A stretch of DNA of 64,000 bases from Acidobacteriota bacterium (GCA_029263335.1 JAJCXS010000299.1:1599-65598), one strand, 5' to 3'. Numbered from the stretch's first letter, positions 29,199 through 39,129 are shown. A program made the numbers and translations. The notes: a model not told the origin generated them from the sequence alone.

Positions 29199-30196
29199 GC
29201 CTGTTGAGCGCTGATCCGGAGTCGACCGAGGCGAGTCAGCTTCTCGTCGATGACGGGCAGCTGCGCGCGTTGTACGAGACGCTCACGCTGACTCGGATTC
29301 TCGAGGACACGGCCGCGCGACTGCATGGGGAGGGTCGCGTCGGGTTCTTCGTGCCGTCGTTGCCGGCGGCCGCATCGTCGGCGGCAGCCGCGATCGCCCT
29401 GCAGGATGGCGATTGGCTGTTTCCGTCGTTCCGCGATACCGCCGCCTATCTGGCACGCGGCGGGCGCATCGACGACTATCTGGCCCAGCTATTGGGCGCC
29501 GCCAGCGACCCATTGATGGGGCGTCAGCTGCCCGGCCATGGATCGCTCCCGGCGGGCAGATTCGTCGCTCCTTCCGGTGCGGCCGGTACGCAGATCCAGC
29601 AAGCTGCGGGAGTCGCGCTCGGCATGAAGTTGCGCGGACAGGAGCAGGTGGCGTTGGCGATCTTCGGTCCAGCCGCGGTAGCGCAGGGCGCCTTCCACAC
29701 CGGCATCAACGCCGCTGTTCGTCATCAGGCGCCAGCGATCTTCTTGTGCCGTACGCTGGGAAGCGAACAGCCACCGGTAGCGGGGCGCGGCGAGGGATAC
29801 GGGCTGGGCACCGAGCTGGTTGACGGGCGGGATTGTCTGGCTGTGGCGAACGCTGTGGCCCGGGCACGGCAGCAGGCCATCGCTGGCGGCGGTCCGATTT
29901 TGATCGAGGCAGTTGTCGACGGCGACGAGCTGGAGCAGGACGCTGCCGGCAGGCTGCGCGGGTTCGTCGAGCACAGGGGTCTGTGGGATGCCGAACGCGA
30001 GGAAGCGTTCGTGCAACGTTGTAAGGACCGTGTGCTGGACGCCCTCGAGGTCGTGGAGAGCGCCGGGCCCGGCTCCGCCGAGGGCCTGTTGGACCATGTT
30101 TGGGCCGCGAGACCCTGGATGCTGCAGGAACAGGCGCGCCATCTCGGGCAACGAGAAGCGCAAGCACCGCGTTCGACGGAGGGCGGCGATGTCTGA
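29180..30196 (+). CDS. 2-oxoacid dehydrogenase E1 alpha homologue lacking the ThDP-binding motif
   Basis: DWLFPSFRD, GRQLPGH, VDGRD.LAV, GGGPILIEA, GLWDAE are E1-alpha-like. GDG...NN reads GPA...RT and the YRxxxHSxSD loop is missing. Confidence 0.85.
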   Translation: MGRQLLSLLSADPESTEASQLLVDDGQLRALYETLTLTRILEDTAARLHGEGRVGFFVPSLPAAASSAAAAIALQDGDWLFPSFRDTAAYLARGGRIDDYLAQLLGAASDPLMGRQLPGHGSLPAGRFVAPSGAAGTQIQQAAGVALGMKLRGQEQVALAIFGPAAVAQGAFHTGINAAVRHQAPAIFLCRTLGSEQPPVAGRGEGYGLGTELVDGRDCLAVANAVARARQQAIAGGGPILIEAVVDGDELEQDAAGRLRGFVEHRGLWDAEREEAFVQRCKDRVLDALEVVESAGPGSAEGLLDHVWAARPWMLQEQARHLGQREAQAPRSTEGGDV

Positions 30197-31157
30197 GCTC
30201 ACGATGGCCGCGGCGGTCAGTCAGACGCTTCGAGACGAGATGCTGCGCGATGACCGGATCGTCGTTCTCGGAGAGGACATCGGCGAGCTGGGAGGACTGT
30301 TCGGGGCCACGGCCGGGCTGCTGGCAGAGTTCGGAGAGCAGCGTGTCATCGACGGGCCGGCGGCTGAGGGCGGGTTGATTGGTACCGCGGTCGGTTTGGC
30401 GCTCTACGGCTTACGTCCGGTGGCCGAGGTGCAGTTCGCCGATCTCGTCTGGTCTGGTTTCGAACAATTGGTCTCCGAGATGGCCCAGCTGCGCTATCGG
30501 TCAGCCGGCCAGTACTCGTGCCCGGTGGTGCTGCGTGTGCCCTACGGTGGCGGTATCGGTGGCGGGATGTACCAGTCGCAGAGCCCCGAGGCCCACTTCT
30601 GCCACGTACCCGGAATTACGGTCGTCGCGCCGGCCGACGCCGCCGACGCTGCCGGCCTCTTGAGGAGCGCCGTGCGCGCCGAGGACCCGGTCGTCTTCTT
30701 GGAGCCGAAGGGTCTCTATGCGGCGGGACGCGCGCAGGTGAGCGAAGACCACGTCCGGTTGGGTTCGGCCCGGCTGCGGCGCGACGGCACCGACGTTACC
30801 GTCGTGGCCTATGGCAGCACCGTGCCGCTGGCGATGGAGGCCGCCGAGGCCGCCGCGAGCCGAGGCATTCAGGCGGACGTGGTGGATCTCCGCACCCTGG
30901 TGCCACTCGACATTGCTGCCCTGTTGCGCTCGGTTGCCAAGACCGGCCGCGCCGTCCTCGTGAGCGAGGCGCCACGCGGCGGTGGCTATCCCGCGGAACT
31001 TGCCGCGACGCTGGCAGAGCGCGCCCTTCTGCATCTCGAGGCGCCGGTGGAGCGCGTCACCGGCCTCGACACCCCCGTCCCATACGCACACGAAGACAAG
31101 TACCTGCCCGACGCCGACCGGATCACGGCGGCGATCGAGCGGGTAGCCAACTTCTGA
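30189..31157 (+). CDS. 2-oxoacid dehydrogenase E1 beta homologue (catalytic His replaced)
   Basis: LGEDIG, GLRPVAEVQFAD, LRYRSAG, YQSQSPEAHF, DPVVFLEPK, DLRTLVPLD. Confidence 0.9.
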   Translation: MSELTMAAAVSQTLRDEMLRDDRIVVLGEDIGELGGLFGATAGLLAEFGEQRVIDGPAAEGGLIGTAVGLALYGLRPVAEVQFADLVWSGFEQLVSEMAQLRYRSAGQYSCPVVLRVPYGGGIGGGMYQSQSPEAHFCHVPGITVVAPADAADAAGLLRSAVRAEDPVVFLEPKGLYAAGRAQVSEDHVRLGSARLRRDGTDVTVVAYGSTVPLAMEAAEAAASRGIQADVVDLRTLVPLDIAALLRSVAKTGRAVLVSEAPRGGGYPAELAATLAERALLHLEAPVERVTGLDTPVPYAHEDKYLPDADRITAAIERVANF

Positions 31158-31163
31158 GGATTC

Positions 31164-32582
31164 ATGGCTGTGGACTTCAAACTACCCGAGATCGGCGAAG
31201 GTACGGCCGAAGGCGAGATCATCAAGTGGCTGGTGGCCGTCGGTGATGAGGTCGAGGAAGACACGCCGCTCGTCGAGGTGATGACCGACAAGGCGACCGT
31301 GGAGATTCCTTCCCCCGGTCCGGGCACCGTCGCCGAGTTGCGGGCCGCCGAAGGCGATGTGGTTGACGTTGGCGCGGTGATCATGGTCTTCGGTGAAGGC
31401 GGCACCGCGGCGGGTGCCGCGGCTCCGGCCGCCGAGGAAACCGGCGCGCCCGCGGCACAGGTTCCGAGTGCGGACTCGGTCGCAGTTGCCAGCGCCACCA
31501 CGGCCTCGCGTGATTCTGTGGATGCGGCCCGAGCCGTTGCCCGCGCGGAACTCGAAGATGCGGAGCGGCCTGTGTGGGAAGCTCCTGCCCCCGGCCCCGG
31601 AAGGGTGATGTCCACGCCTGCGACGCGCCGCATGGCGCGTGAGATGGGCCTCGATCTCACTGGCGTGACCGGGAGTGGCCGCGGTGGCAGGGTCATGAAG
31701 GAGGACCTGCCCGGGCTCGAATTGGAAGCCAACGCGGCTCCGGCTCCGGCTCCGGCTCCGGAAGCGGCTCCGGCTCCGACTGCGGCTGCGGAAGCGACTC
31801 CGGCTCCTGCGCCGGCCGGCAAGCCGAAGGCGACGGCGGCACCGATCGCCGTGCGCCCGGGGGCAGCAATGGCCGGACAGCTCGAGGAGCGGGTTCCGTT
31901 CCGCGGGCTGCGGCGGCGCATCGCGGCGCGGTTGGTCGAAGCCAAGAAGGTCATACCGCACTTCACCTACGTGGAGGAGTGCGATGCCACCGAGATCGTC
32001 GCGCTACGAGGCCAGGCAAAGGAAGTCGGTGCCGCTCATGGCATCAAAGTGACGTACCTGCCGTTCTTCCTGAAAGCGATGGTCGAGGCGGCGAAGCTGC
32101 ACCCCATTCTCAACTCCTCGCTCGACGAGGAGAACGGCGAGATCGTCTACAAGCACTACTACAACTTCGGTATCGCCACCGACACCGAGCGTGGCCTCGT
32201 CGTGCCCGTGGTGAAGAACGTCGATGAGCTAAACATCTATGAGCTGGCGCGAGAGATTGATCGACTCGCGACCGACGCCCGCGACGGTCGCAGCTCGATG
32301 GAGGACCTCAGCGGCGGCACCATGACCATCACCAGCACCGGCAATATCGGCGGTGTGTTGGCAACGCCGATCATCAATCATCCCGAGGTGGCGATCGTAG
32401 GCGTCACGGCGATTCGTCCGCGCGCCGTGGTTCGCGACGGTGAGATCGTCATCCGACAGATGGTGAATGTCGCAATTTCGCTCGATCACCGCATCGTGGA
32501 CGGTGCGCCTGGCGCAATATTCATGCGCGATATGGTGGCGTTGTTAGAGGATCCGAAGCTGCAGATTCTCGGCCAACCGTAG
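31164..32582 (+). CDS. Dihydrolipoamide acyltransferase E2
   Basis: Lipoyl domain EVMTDKATVEIPS, subunit-binding domain TPATRRMARE..GSGRGGRV, catalytic DHRIVDG. Confidence 0.95.
   Translation: MAVDFKLPEIGEGTAEGEIIKWLVAVGDEVEEDTPLVEVMTDKATVEIPSPGPGTVAELRAAEGDVVDVGAVIMVFGEGGTAAGAAAPAAEETGAPAAQVPSADSVAVASATTASRDSVDAARAVARAELEDAERPVWEAPAPGPGRVMSTPATRRMAREMGLDLTGVTGSGRGGRVMKEDLPGLELEANAAPAPAPAPEAAPAPTAAAEATPAPAPAGKPKATAAPIAVRPGAAMAGQLEERVPFRGLRRRIAARLVEAKKVIPHFTYVEECDATEIVALRGQAKEVGAAHGIKVTYLPFFLKAMVEAAKLHPILNSSLDEENGEIVYKHYYNFGIATDTERGLVVPVVKNVDELNIYELAREIDRLATDARDGRSSMEDLSGGTMTITSTGNIGGVLATPIINHPEVAIVGVTAIRPRAVVRDGEIVIRQMVNVAISLDHRIVDGAPGAIFMRDMVALLEDPKLQILGQP
31737..31814 (+). repeat. (GCTCCG)n hexamer repeat encoding the Ala-Pro linker of E2
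   Basis: Four exact copies at 31737-31760, then degenerate copies; translates as APAPAPAPEAAPAP. Confidence 0.8.
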
Positions 32583-32610
32583 CCGCTAGGCTGACGATCA
32601 AGGAGACCTC

Positions 32611-34008
32611 ATGAGTTCGGAACAGGCGCTCGACGTCATCGTTATTGGATCCGGGCCTGGCGGCTACATCGCCGCGATTCGCGCCGCTCAGCTCGGCCTC
32701 AACACCGCCATCATCGAGCGCGAGTTCATCGGTGGCACGTGTCTCAACGTGGGCTGCATCCCGTCCAAAGCGTTGCTCGACGCCACCCATCTGCTCGCGG
32801 AGATACGACACGCCGCGGCCTTCGGCATCAAGGTGGACGACGTGGAGGTCGACTTCGCCGCCATGCAGAAGCACAAGGCCAAGACGGTGCGGATGTTGAC
32901 GGGAGGAGTGCGCAGCCTGCTCAAGAAACACGGAGTGAAGGTGCATGAGGGCGAGGCGCGCTTTCTCGGCCCCGGCAAGGTTGAAGTGACGGCCGCAGAC
33001 GGAACGCTGGAGACGCTGGAGGCCGCCAACGTCATTATCGCCGCCGGGTCGGTGGAAGCGGAGTTGCCGCCGGTGCCATTCGATGGGGACCGTGTCGTAT
33101 CGTCGCGCGGGGCGCTGGATTTCGACGACGTGCCGAAGCGGTTGGTTGTCGTGGGCGGCGGCTATATCGGCCTCGAGCTTGGCAGCGTCTACAACCGTCT
33201 CGGCAGCGACGTCGTGGTGCTCGAGATGATGGATCGCATTCTCCCGGAGATGGACACGGAGCTTGCCACCACGGCACAGAAGATCCTGATCGGACAGGGC
33301 CTGGGAATTCATCTGGGGGCGCGCGTCACGGGCGTCGACGTCTCGGACAGTGGGGCTACAGTGCGCTACGCGGTGGGCGACGAGCAGACTGAGGTCGAGA
33401 CCGACCGCGTGCTCGTTTCGATCGGGCGCAAGCCTGCGACCGGCGCCTTGAATCTTGAAGCGCTGGGGCTGGAGACCGACGATCGAGGCTTCATCACTGT
33501 GGATCACGGCATGCGCACGGGTATCCCCGGAACCTACGCAATCGGCGATGTCGTATCGACGCCGATGCTGGCGCACGTCGCCATGGACGAAGGTGTTGTT
33601 GCCGCTGAGTGCATTGCCGGACAGGCCGCCGCCATGGAGTATCACGCCATTCCGGCGGTCGTCTTTACCCACCCGGAGCTTGCTTCGGTAGGGCTCAAGG
33701 AGGACGAGGCCGAGTTGCGCGGTTCGATCAAGGTGGGGCGCTTCCCCTTCCGCGGCAACGGACGCGCGCGCGCCCGAAACGACGTCGAGGGATGGGTGAA
33801 GATCATTGCCGACGCGCAGACCGACGAGATCTTGGGCGTTCACTGCGTCGGACCCGATGCGGGTCATCTGATCCATGAGGCGGTCGTAGCGATGGGTTAC
33901 AGCGGCTACGCCGAGGACCTCGGTCTTACCGTACACGCGCACCCGACACTCTCCGAGGCCTTCAAAGAGGCCGCGCTGGCAGTCGACGATCGCGCGCTAC
34001 ATATCTGA
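32611..34008 (+). CDS. lpdA: Dihydrolipoyl dehydrogenase E3
   Basis: GSGPGGY, GGTCLNVGCIPSK, GGGYIGLE, HAHPTLSE. Confidence 0.96.
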   Translation: MSSEQALDVIVIGSGPGGYIAAIRAAQLGLNTAIIEREFIGGTCLNVGCIPSKALLDATHLLAEIRHAAAFGIKVDDVEVDFAAMQKHKAKTVRMLTGGVRSLLKKHGVKVHEGEARFLGPGKVEVTAADGTLETLEAANVIIAAGSVEAELPPVPFDGDRVVSSRGALDFDDVPKRLVVVGGGYIGLELGSVYNRLGSDVVVLEMMDRILPEMDTELATTAQKILIGQGLGIHLGARVTGVDVSDSGATVRYAVGDEQTEVETDRVLVSIGRKPATGALNLEALGLETDDRGFITVDHGMRTGIPGTYAIGDVVSTPMLAHVAMDEGVVAAECIAGQAAAMEYHAIPAVVFTHPELASVGLKEDEAELRGSIKVGRFPFRGNGRARARNDVEGWVKIIADAQTDEILGVHCVGPDAGHLIHEAVVAMGYSGYAEDLGLTVHAHPTLSEAFKEAALAVDDRALHI

Positions 34009-34020
34009 CCAGCCCCGACA

Positions 34021-36213
34021 TTGACCGACTCGGGCAAGGATCTTTTCGACGGCACACTGCGGGGCACCGTCGCCCGGGTCGTGTTCGAGAATCGTGATAG
34101 TGGCTGGGCGGTGATTCACTTCGAGTCCGACACGCGCCCGGGAGTCGACACCGTCATCGGTCCCTTGGCGCCCGTGTTTGTCGGGGAGTTCCTGGAGCTC
34201 GAGGGAGACTGGGAGACCGACAGCCGCTGGGGGCGGCAATTTCGTGTACGCAGCGCCGTGCCGGCCGAGCCCACTTCGATCGAAGGCACGCGGCGCTATC
34301 TGGCGTCCGGGGTGGTGTCGGGCATTGGCCCCGAATTGGCTCGGCGGCTGGTGGCGCGCTTCGGCACGGACACCTTGCGCACGCTGGACGACGAGCCCGA
34401 ACTGCTGCTCCAGGTTCGTGGCATCGGCGCCAAGCGTCTAGCCCAGATCAAGGAAGGCTGGCAGGCGAAGTCCGCCGAACGGCAGGGTCGCATCTTCCTA
34501 CAGGGGCATGGTCTCGGCGCGGTTCTGGCACAGCGCGTTCTGCGCAGGTGGGGCGACGAGACGATCACTCGCGTGAAGCGAGATCCCTACTCGCTGGTCC
34601 GCGAGGTCGCCGGGGTCGGCTTTCGCACCGCCGACGACCTGGCGCAGCGGATCGGCATCGAGGCCGATGCGCCGCAGCGGCTCGCTGCCGGTGTGTTGCA
34701 CTCCCTGCAGGTGGCGGCCGGCGCGGGGCATTGCTTTCTTCCGGCGGCCGAACTGGGCGCCACGGTCACTAAGCTGCTGCGTATCGAAGACCCGGATGCT
34801 CTCGAGGAGGTCGTGGAGGATCTCGTATCGCGTCGCCGCCTGGTGGTGGAAGCACCCGCCGAGGGTAGGGAAGCGTGGCGAGTGTGGGATCGGCAACTGC
34901 ATGCGGCAGAATGTCGTGTGAGCCGCCGGCTGGGGGAACTGGCCACTACACCGACGCCCACAGCACCCGAGCGGGTGCGACGCGCCCTGGAGGTTGTGGC
35001 CGAGCGGCTACACATCACCTTGGCTCCGGAACAGAGCCGCGCCGTCGAAAGCGCGTTCGCCCGGTCATTGCTGGTCGTCACCGGCGGCCCGGGAACCGGC
35101 AAGACCACCCTCATCCGCGCCGTGGTCGCGTGTGCCGAGCGTCTCGATCTGACGGTGGCGCTCGCTGCTCCGACCGGACGCGCGGCGAAACGCATGGAGC
35201 AGGCGACCGACCACGAGGCGCGTACGCTCCACCGTTGGCTCGAGTACCGCTTCGAAACGGGGTTTGGCCGCGACGAGGACAACCCCCTGGAGGCAGATCT
35301 GGTGGTCGTCGACGAGATGTCGATGGTGGACCTGAACCTCATGGACGCCCTGGTGGCCGCACTGAAGCGCGGCGCGCGGCTCCTCCTGGTCGGCGATGCG
35401 GACCAGCTGCCGCCGGTCGGGCCGGGAGCGGTGCTCCGCGACCTGGTTCGCGCTGAGGCCGTTCACGCGGTCCGACTGCAGGTCATCTTTCGCCAGGCTC
35501 AGGCGAGTCAGATTGTTCGCAACGCCCATCGGATCAACTCGGGCGAGATGCCGACCTCTACTCCGGAAGGTGACGAGGCCAGCGATTTTTATCTCATCGA
35601 GCCCGAAGACGCCGAGCATGCCGTCGATCTGGTGACACGACTGGTCAAGCGACGATTGCCGGAACGATTCGGCCTCGATCCCCGCTTCGACGTGCAGGTG
35701 CTGGCGCCGATGCATCGCGGCCGCGGTGGGGTCTCAGCGCTCAATGCGACGCTGCAAGATGCGCTCAACCCGGGCACCGCGACAGCGCGGCCGGAGGCGC
35801 TGGAGCTGCGCGCCGGCGATCGTGTCATGCAGCTGCGCAATGACTATGACAAGGAGGTGTTCAATGGCGACATCGGACATGTCTTCGCCCTGGACGAGGA
35901 GTCGGTCAGCGTCGACTTCGAGGGGCGCCTGGTGGGGTACCGACGAGAAGATAGCGGAGATCTGGCCCTTGCCTACGCCAGCACGGTCCACAAGAGCCAG
36001 GGCAGCGAGTACCCCGGCGTCGTTGTCGTGCTGCTACCGGAACATCACATCATGCTGCAGCGCAATCTGCTCTACACCGCGCTTACCCGCGCCAGCAAGG
36101 TGGCGGTTCTGGTGGCGTCTCACAAGGCACTAGGGCGAGCGGTTCGTAACGCTTCGCCTGCCGCACGCAATACCTCTTTGGCTGAGCGACTGAGCGAGGA
36201 GATCGAAGGATGA
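34021..36213 (+). CDS. recD2: RecD2-like ATP-dependent helicase
   Basis: N-terminal OB and HhH (GIGPE, GIGAK), TGGPGTGKTT, APTGRAAKR, DEMSM, GDADQLPPVG, HKSQGSEY, LLYTALTRA. Confidence 0.93.
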   Translation: MTDSGKDLFDGTLRGTVARVVFENRDSGWAVIHFESDTRPGVDTVIGPLAPVFVGEFLELEGDWETDSRWGRQFRVRSAVPAEPTSIEGTRRYLASGVVSGIGPELARRLVARFGTDTLRTLDDEPELLLQVRGIGAKRLAQIKEGWQAKSAERQGRIFLQGHGLGAVLAQRVLRRWGDETITRVKRDPYSLVREVAGVGFRTADDLAQRIGIEADAPQRLAAGVLHSLQVAAGAGHCFLPAAELGATVTKLLRIEDPDALEEVVEDLVSRRRLVVEAPAEGREAWRVWDRQLHAAECRVSRRLGELATTPTPTAPERVRRALEVVAERLHITLAPEQSRAVESAFARSLLVVTGGPGTGKTTLIRAVVACAERLDLTVALAAPTGRAAKRMEQATDHEARTLHRWLEYRFETGFGRDEDNPLEADLVVVDEMSMVDLNLMDALVAALKRGARLLLVGDADQLPPVGPGAVLRDLVRAEAVHAVRLQVIFRQAQASQIVRNAHRINSGEMPTSTPEGDEASDFYLIEPEDAEHAVDLVTRLVKRRLPERFGLDPRFDVQVLAPMHRGRGGVSALNATLQDALNPGTATARPEALELRAGDRVMQLRNDYDKEVFNGDIGHVFALDEESVSVDFEGRLVGYRREDSGDLALAYASTVHKSQGSEYPGVVVVLLPEHHIMLQRNLLYTALTRASKVAVLVASHKALGRAVRNASPAARNTSLAERLSEEIEG

Positions 36214-36869
36214 ACGCGCAGGACCCGATCGACGGATTGTTCGTGCACTGTGAGGTCGTTGAGCCATTTGCCGAGAACGCCCGGCTCGTTGGCTGCACGC
36301 AGTCTGGCGTTGCGGTCCTCGTGGATCCGGGAGGTCATGTAGAGCAGCTCATGGAGGTGGCTTCGGCGCGGGGGTTGGAGATCGAGGCCATTTGGCTCAC
36401 TCATGCTCATCTGGACCATGTGACCGGCGTCGCCGACGCCATTGCCAGACTTGGCCAGGTGCCCATTCTGCTGCTTCGCGAGGACCTGCCTCTGTACCTG
36501 GCTGTGGCGCAGCAGGGACAGATGTTCGGTCTCGATGTCGAGCAGCCGCCGGAACCTACTCGTTGGCTCGAGGTTGGCGAGACCCTGGAACTCGGAAAGC
36601 TGCGAGCGCAGGTACTGCACCTGCCCGGGCACAGCCCGGGGCACGTCGGCTTCTGGTTCGCGGCGCAGCAGACCATCCTCTCGGGCGATGTGCTCTTCGC
36701 GGGATCCATCGGGCGGACGGATCTGCCGGGAGGGGACTACGAGACCCTCATGCGCTCGATCCGCGAGGGCATGCTGCCGCTTGGCGACGAGGTCACCGTG
36801 TTGTGCGGGCACGGCCCGGACACGACCATCGCGCGTGAGCGCGACAGCAACCCGTTTCTGGCCAGCTGA
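36210..36869 (+). CDS. MBL-fold metallo-hydrolase (glyoxalase II/YcbL-like)
   Basis: THAHLDH, PGHSPG, GDVLFAGSIGRTD, CGHG. Confidence 0.9.
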   Translation: MNAQDPIDGLFVHCEVVEPFAENARLVGCTQSGVAVLVDPGGHVEQLMEVASARGLEIEAIWLTHAHLDHVTGVADAIARLGQVPILLLREDLPLYLAVAQQGQMFGLDVEQPPEPTRWLEVGETLELGKLRAQVLHLPGHSPGHVGFWFAAQQTILSGDVLFAGSIGRTDLPGGDYETLMRSIREGMLPLGDEVTVLCGHGPDTTIARERDSNPFLAS

Positions 36870-36906
36870 GGTTGTCGGCCGGGGACGCGTCCCGCGGCCG
36901 GCCTCG

Positions 36907-38187
36907 TTACGCCCCCATCAAGCGGTTGGTCAGCCAGCGCTCGGTATCGAGTGCGGCGCGGCAACCGTATCCAGCGGCGGTGATGGCCTGTCGATAATGG
37001 TGGTCATGGATATCGCCGGCCACGAAGACGCCTTCGATCGCCGTATGGGGCAGGGGGCGGTCCCCTTCCTTCACATACCCGAGGTCGTCGAGGTCGATCG
37101 CCAGTCCGCGCAGAATCGCGGTATTGGGATCATGTCCGATGGCGATGAAGCAGCCGTCGACGGTAAGGTCTTGTTCCTCGCCGCTGTGCACATCCACGGT
37201 TCGCACGGCCTGCAGTCCGGTCTTGGAGGAGCCGACGAACTCCTTGACCCGGGTGTTCCACACCACTTCGATGCGGTCGTTGGCCAGGGCGCGTTCCGCC
37301 ATGACCGGGCTGGCACGAAACTCGTCGCGGCGGTGCAGGATGGTCACCTTGCTGGCGAACTTGGTAAGGAACAGGGCTTCCTCCAACGCCGAGTCGCCGC
37401 CACCAACCACCGCGATGGGGCGGTCGCGAAAGAACGCGGCGTCGCAGGTGGCGCAGGTCGACACGCCGTAGCCGCGTAGATCGAGTTCCCCGGGCACGCC
37501 GATCTCCTTGGAAGAGGCGCCGGTGGCCACGATGAGAGCGTCACAGGTGTAGCGAGCGCCACCCTCCAAGACCACGCCAAAGGGCTGCTCGGCCACCTCC
37601 AGCGTCTCCGCGTGACCGATCATGATCTCGGCACCGAAGCGCTCTGCCTGCGCCTTCATGTTCTCAATCAGATCAGGGCCCTGGACTCCCTCGGGGAAGC
37701 CGGGAAAATTCTCGACCTCGGTGGTTGTGTACAGCTGGCCACCGAATTCCCGGCCCGAGATAACCAGCGGCTTGAGGTTGGCGCGGGCTGTGTAGATCGC
37801 GGCCGTCAGCCCGGCGCAACCCGAGCCGAGGATGATCACGGGGCGATGGTTGTCAGACACGGCGTCCTCCTGGTCAGGCTGAAAGTTCGTAGAATTGTCA
37901 TCCGCGGGCGGATCGGCGGCCGCCGGCGCGGCCTCACGCAGCAGTGGTTCCAGTTCGCCGCGAGTCTCGAGGTCCGAGAGCTGGTCATAGCCGCCCACAT
38001 GCACGTCGCCGATGAAGATCTGTGGTGCCGTCCGTCTTCCACCGCTACGCTCGATCATCTGCTGTATCAGTTCGCGGTCGCCGGAGACGTTGATCTCGAC
38101 GAAGTCCGCGTCCTTGCTCTGTAGCAGGCGCTTGGCCCAGACACAGTAGCCGCAGAAGGTCTTGGTGTAGATGACGATGTCAGACAC
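36907..38187 (-). CDS. trxB: Glutaredoxin 3 - thioredoxin reductase fusion
   Basis: N-terminal IVIYTKTFCGYC..RTAPQIFIG..VGGYD; acidic linker; then GSGCAG, GGQL..TTEVENFPG, CATCD, GGGDSA, HRRDEFRAS, QAITAAG. No stop between the domains. Confidence 0.92.
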   Translation of the reverse strand: MSDIVIYTKTFCGYCVWAKRLLQSKDADFVEINVSGDRELIQQMIERSGGRRTAPQIFIGDVHVGGYDQLSDLETRGELEPLLREAAPAAADPPADDNSTNFQPDQEDAVSDNHRPVIILGSGCAGLTAAIYTARANLKPLVISGREFGGQLYTTTEVENFPGFPEGVQGPDLIENMKAQAERFGAEIMIGHAETLEVAEQPFGVVLEGGARYTCDALIVATGASSKEIGVPGELDLRGYGVSTCATCDAAFFRDRPIAVVGGGDSALEEALFLTKFASKVTILHRRDEFRASPVMAERALANDRIEVVWNTRVKEFVGSSKTGLQAVRTVDVHSGEEQDLTVDGCFIAIGHDPNTAILRGLAIDLDDLGYVKEGDRPLPHTAIEGVFVAGDIHDHHYRQAITAAGYGCRAALDTERWLTNRLMGA

Positions 38188-38370
38188 GAGATTCCTGGAA
38201 GCAGTGGTCGCGATGGCGCCGCTCACGAGACAACGGACTGTAATCGTAACGTCTGTGGGGCCTTCTCATGTGTCCGTTTCACGCCGAGCAGTCCGGCCGG
38301 GTAAGGTAGATGACCGTGCGCTCGATCGCGGTACTGTCAGCCGCGAAGATCAGCCCCAGGAGCAGAACCG

Positions 38371-39129
38371 TTGCATCAGCCAGCGTCGGCAACTGACCGC
38401 GAGAAAGGGGTAGCACTGGTCACGGGTGGCGCGGTCCGCGTTGGGCGGGCGATCAGCGAAGCGCTGGCGGCAATGGGATACCACGTGGCCGTGAATTATC
38501 TCGAATCGGAGGGCGCAGCGGCCGAAGTCGTCGGCAACATCCGGGCTGCCGGCGGACAGGCAAGCGCGGTCGGGGCCGATGTCACCGATGCCGATGCCTG
38601 TCGGGAGCTGGTCGACCGTATCGGTCAGATCGGGCCCGTGAGTGTGTTGGTGAACAACGCCGCGGTTTTCGAGAGGCGGCCGTTCCTGGAGCTGGACGAC
38701 GACATCTGGCAGCGGCACCTGCGTCTCAACCTGGAAGCTCCGTATCGCCTGAGCCTGCTCGTCGGGCGCAGCATGTGGGAGGCGGGCCGCGGTCGGATCA
38801 TCAACATCTGCGGCACCGTCGGCATCGAGCCACGAGGCGAATACGGTCCCTACTGCGTGGCGAAACGCGGTCTTGACGAGCTAACGCGATGCTGCGCGGA
38901 AGCCCTCGCGCCGCGAGTGCAGGTCAACGGCATCGCTCCGGGTGCCATTCTGTTTCCCCATGGCACTGGTGCGGACGAGCAGCGCCGGATCCTGGGTCGG
39001 GTTCCCGCAGGCAGAACCGGATCGCCGCAGGATATCGCTGCCGTGGTCTGCTTCCTGGCCACGGCGCCCGAGTACGTCACCGGCACCGTGCTGCCTGTGG
39101 ATGGTGGCGTGTCGGTCCATGACAGCTAA
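38371..39129 (+). CDS. SDR oxidoreductase, pteridine reductase/FolM-like
   Basis: TGGAVRVG, VNNAAVF, YCVAK, VNGIAPG, VDGG. Confidence 0.85.
   Translation: MHQPASATDREKGVALVTGGAVRVGRAISEALAAMGYHVAVNYLESEGAAAEVVGNIRAAGGQASAVGADVTDADACRELVDRIGQIGPVSVLVNNAAVFERRPFLELDDDIWQRHLRLNLEAPYRLSLLVGRSMWEAGRGRIINICGTVGIEPRGEYGPYCVAKRGLDELTRCCAEALAPRVQVNGIAPGAILFPHGTGADEQRRILGRVPAGRTGSPQDIAAVVCFLATAPEYVTGTVLPVDGGVSVHDS

Noticed and set aside
31737-31814. Hexamer tandem repeat as CRISPR or phase-variation tract
   Set aside because: It is the in-frame Ala-Pro linker of E2; there are no spacers and length changes would keep the frame.
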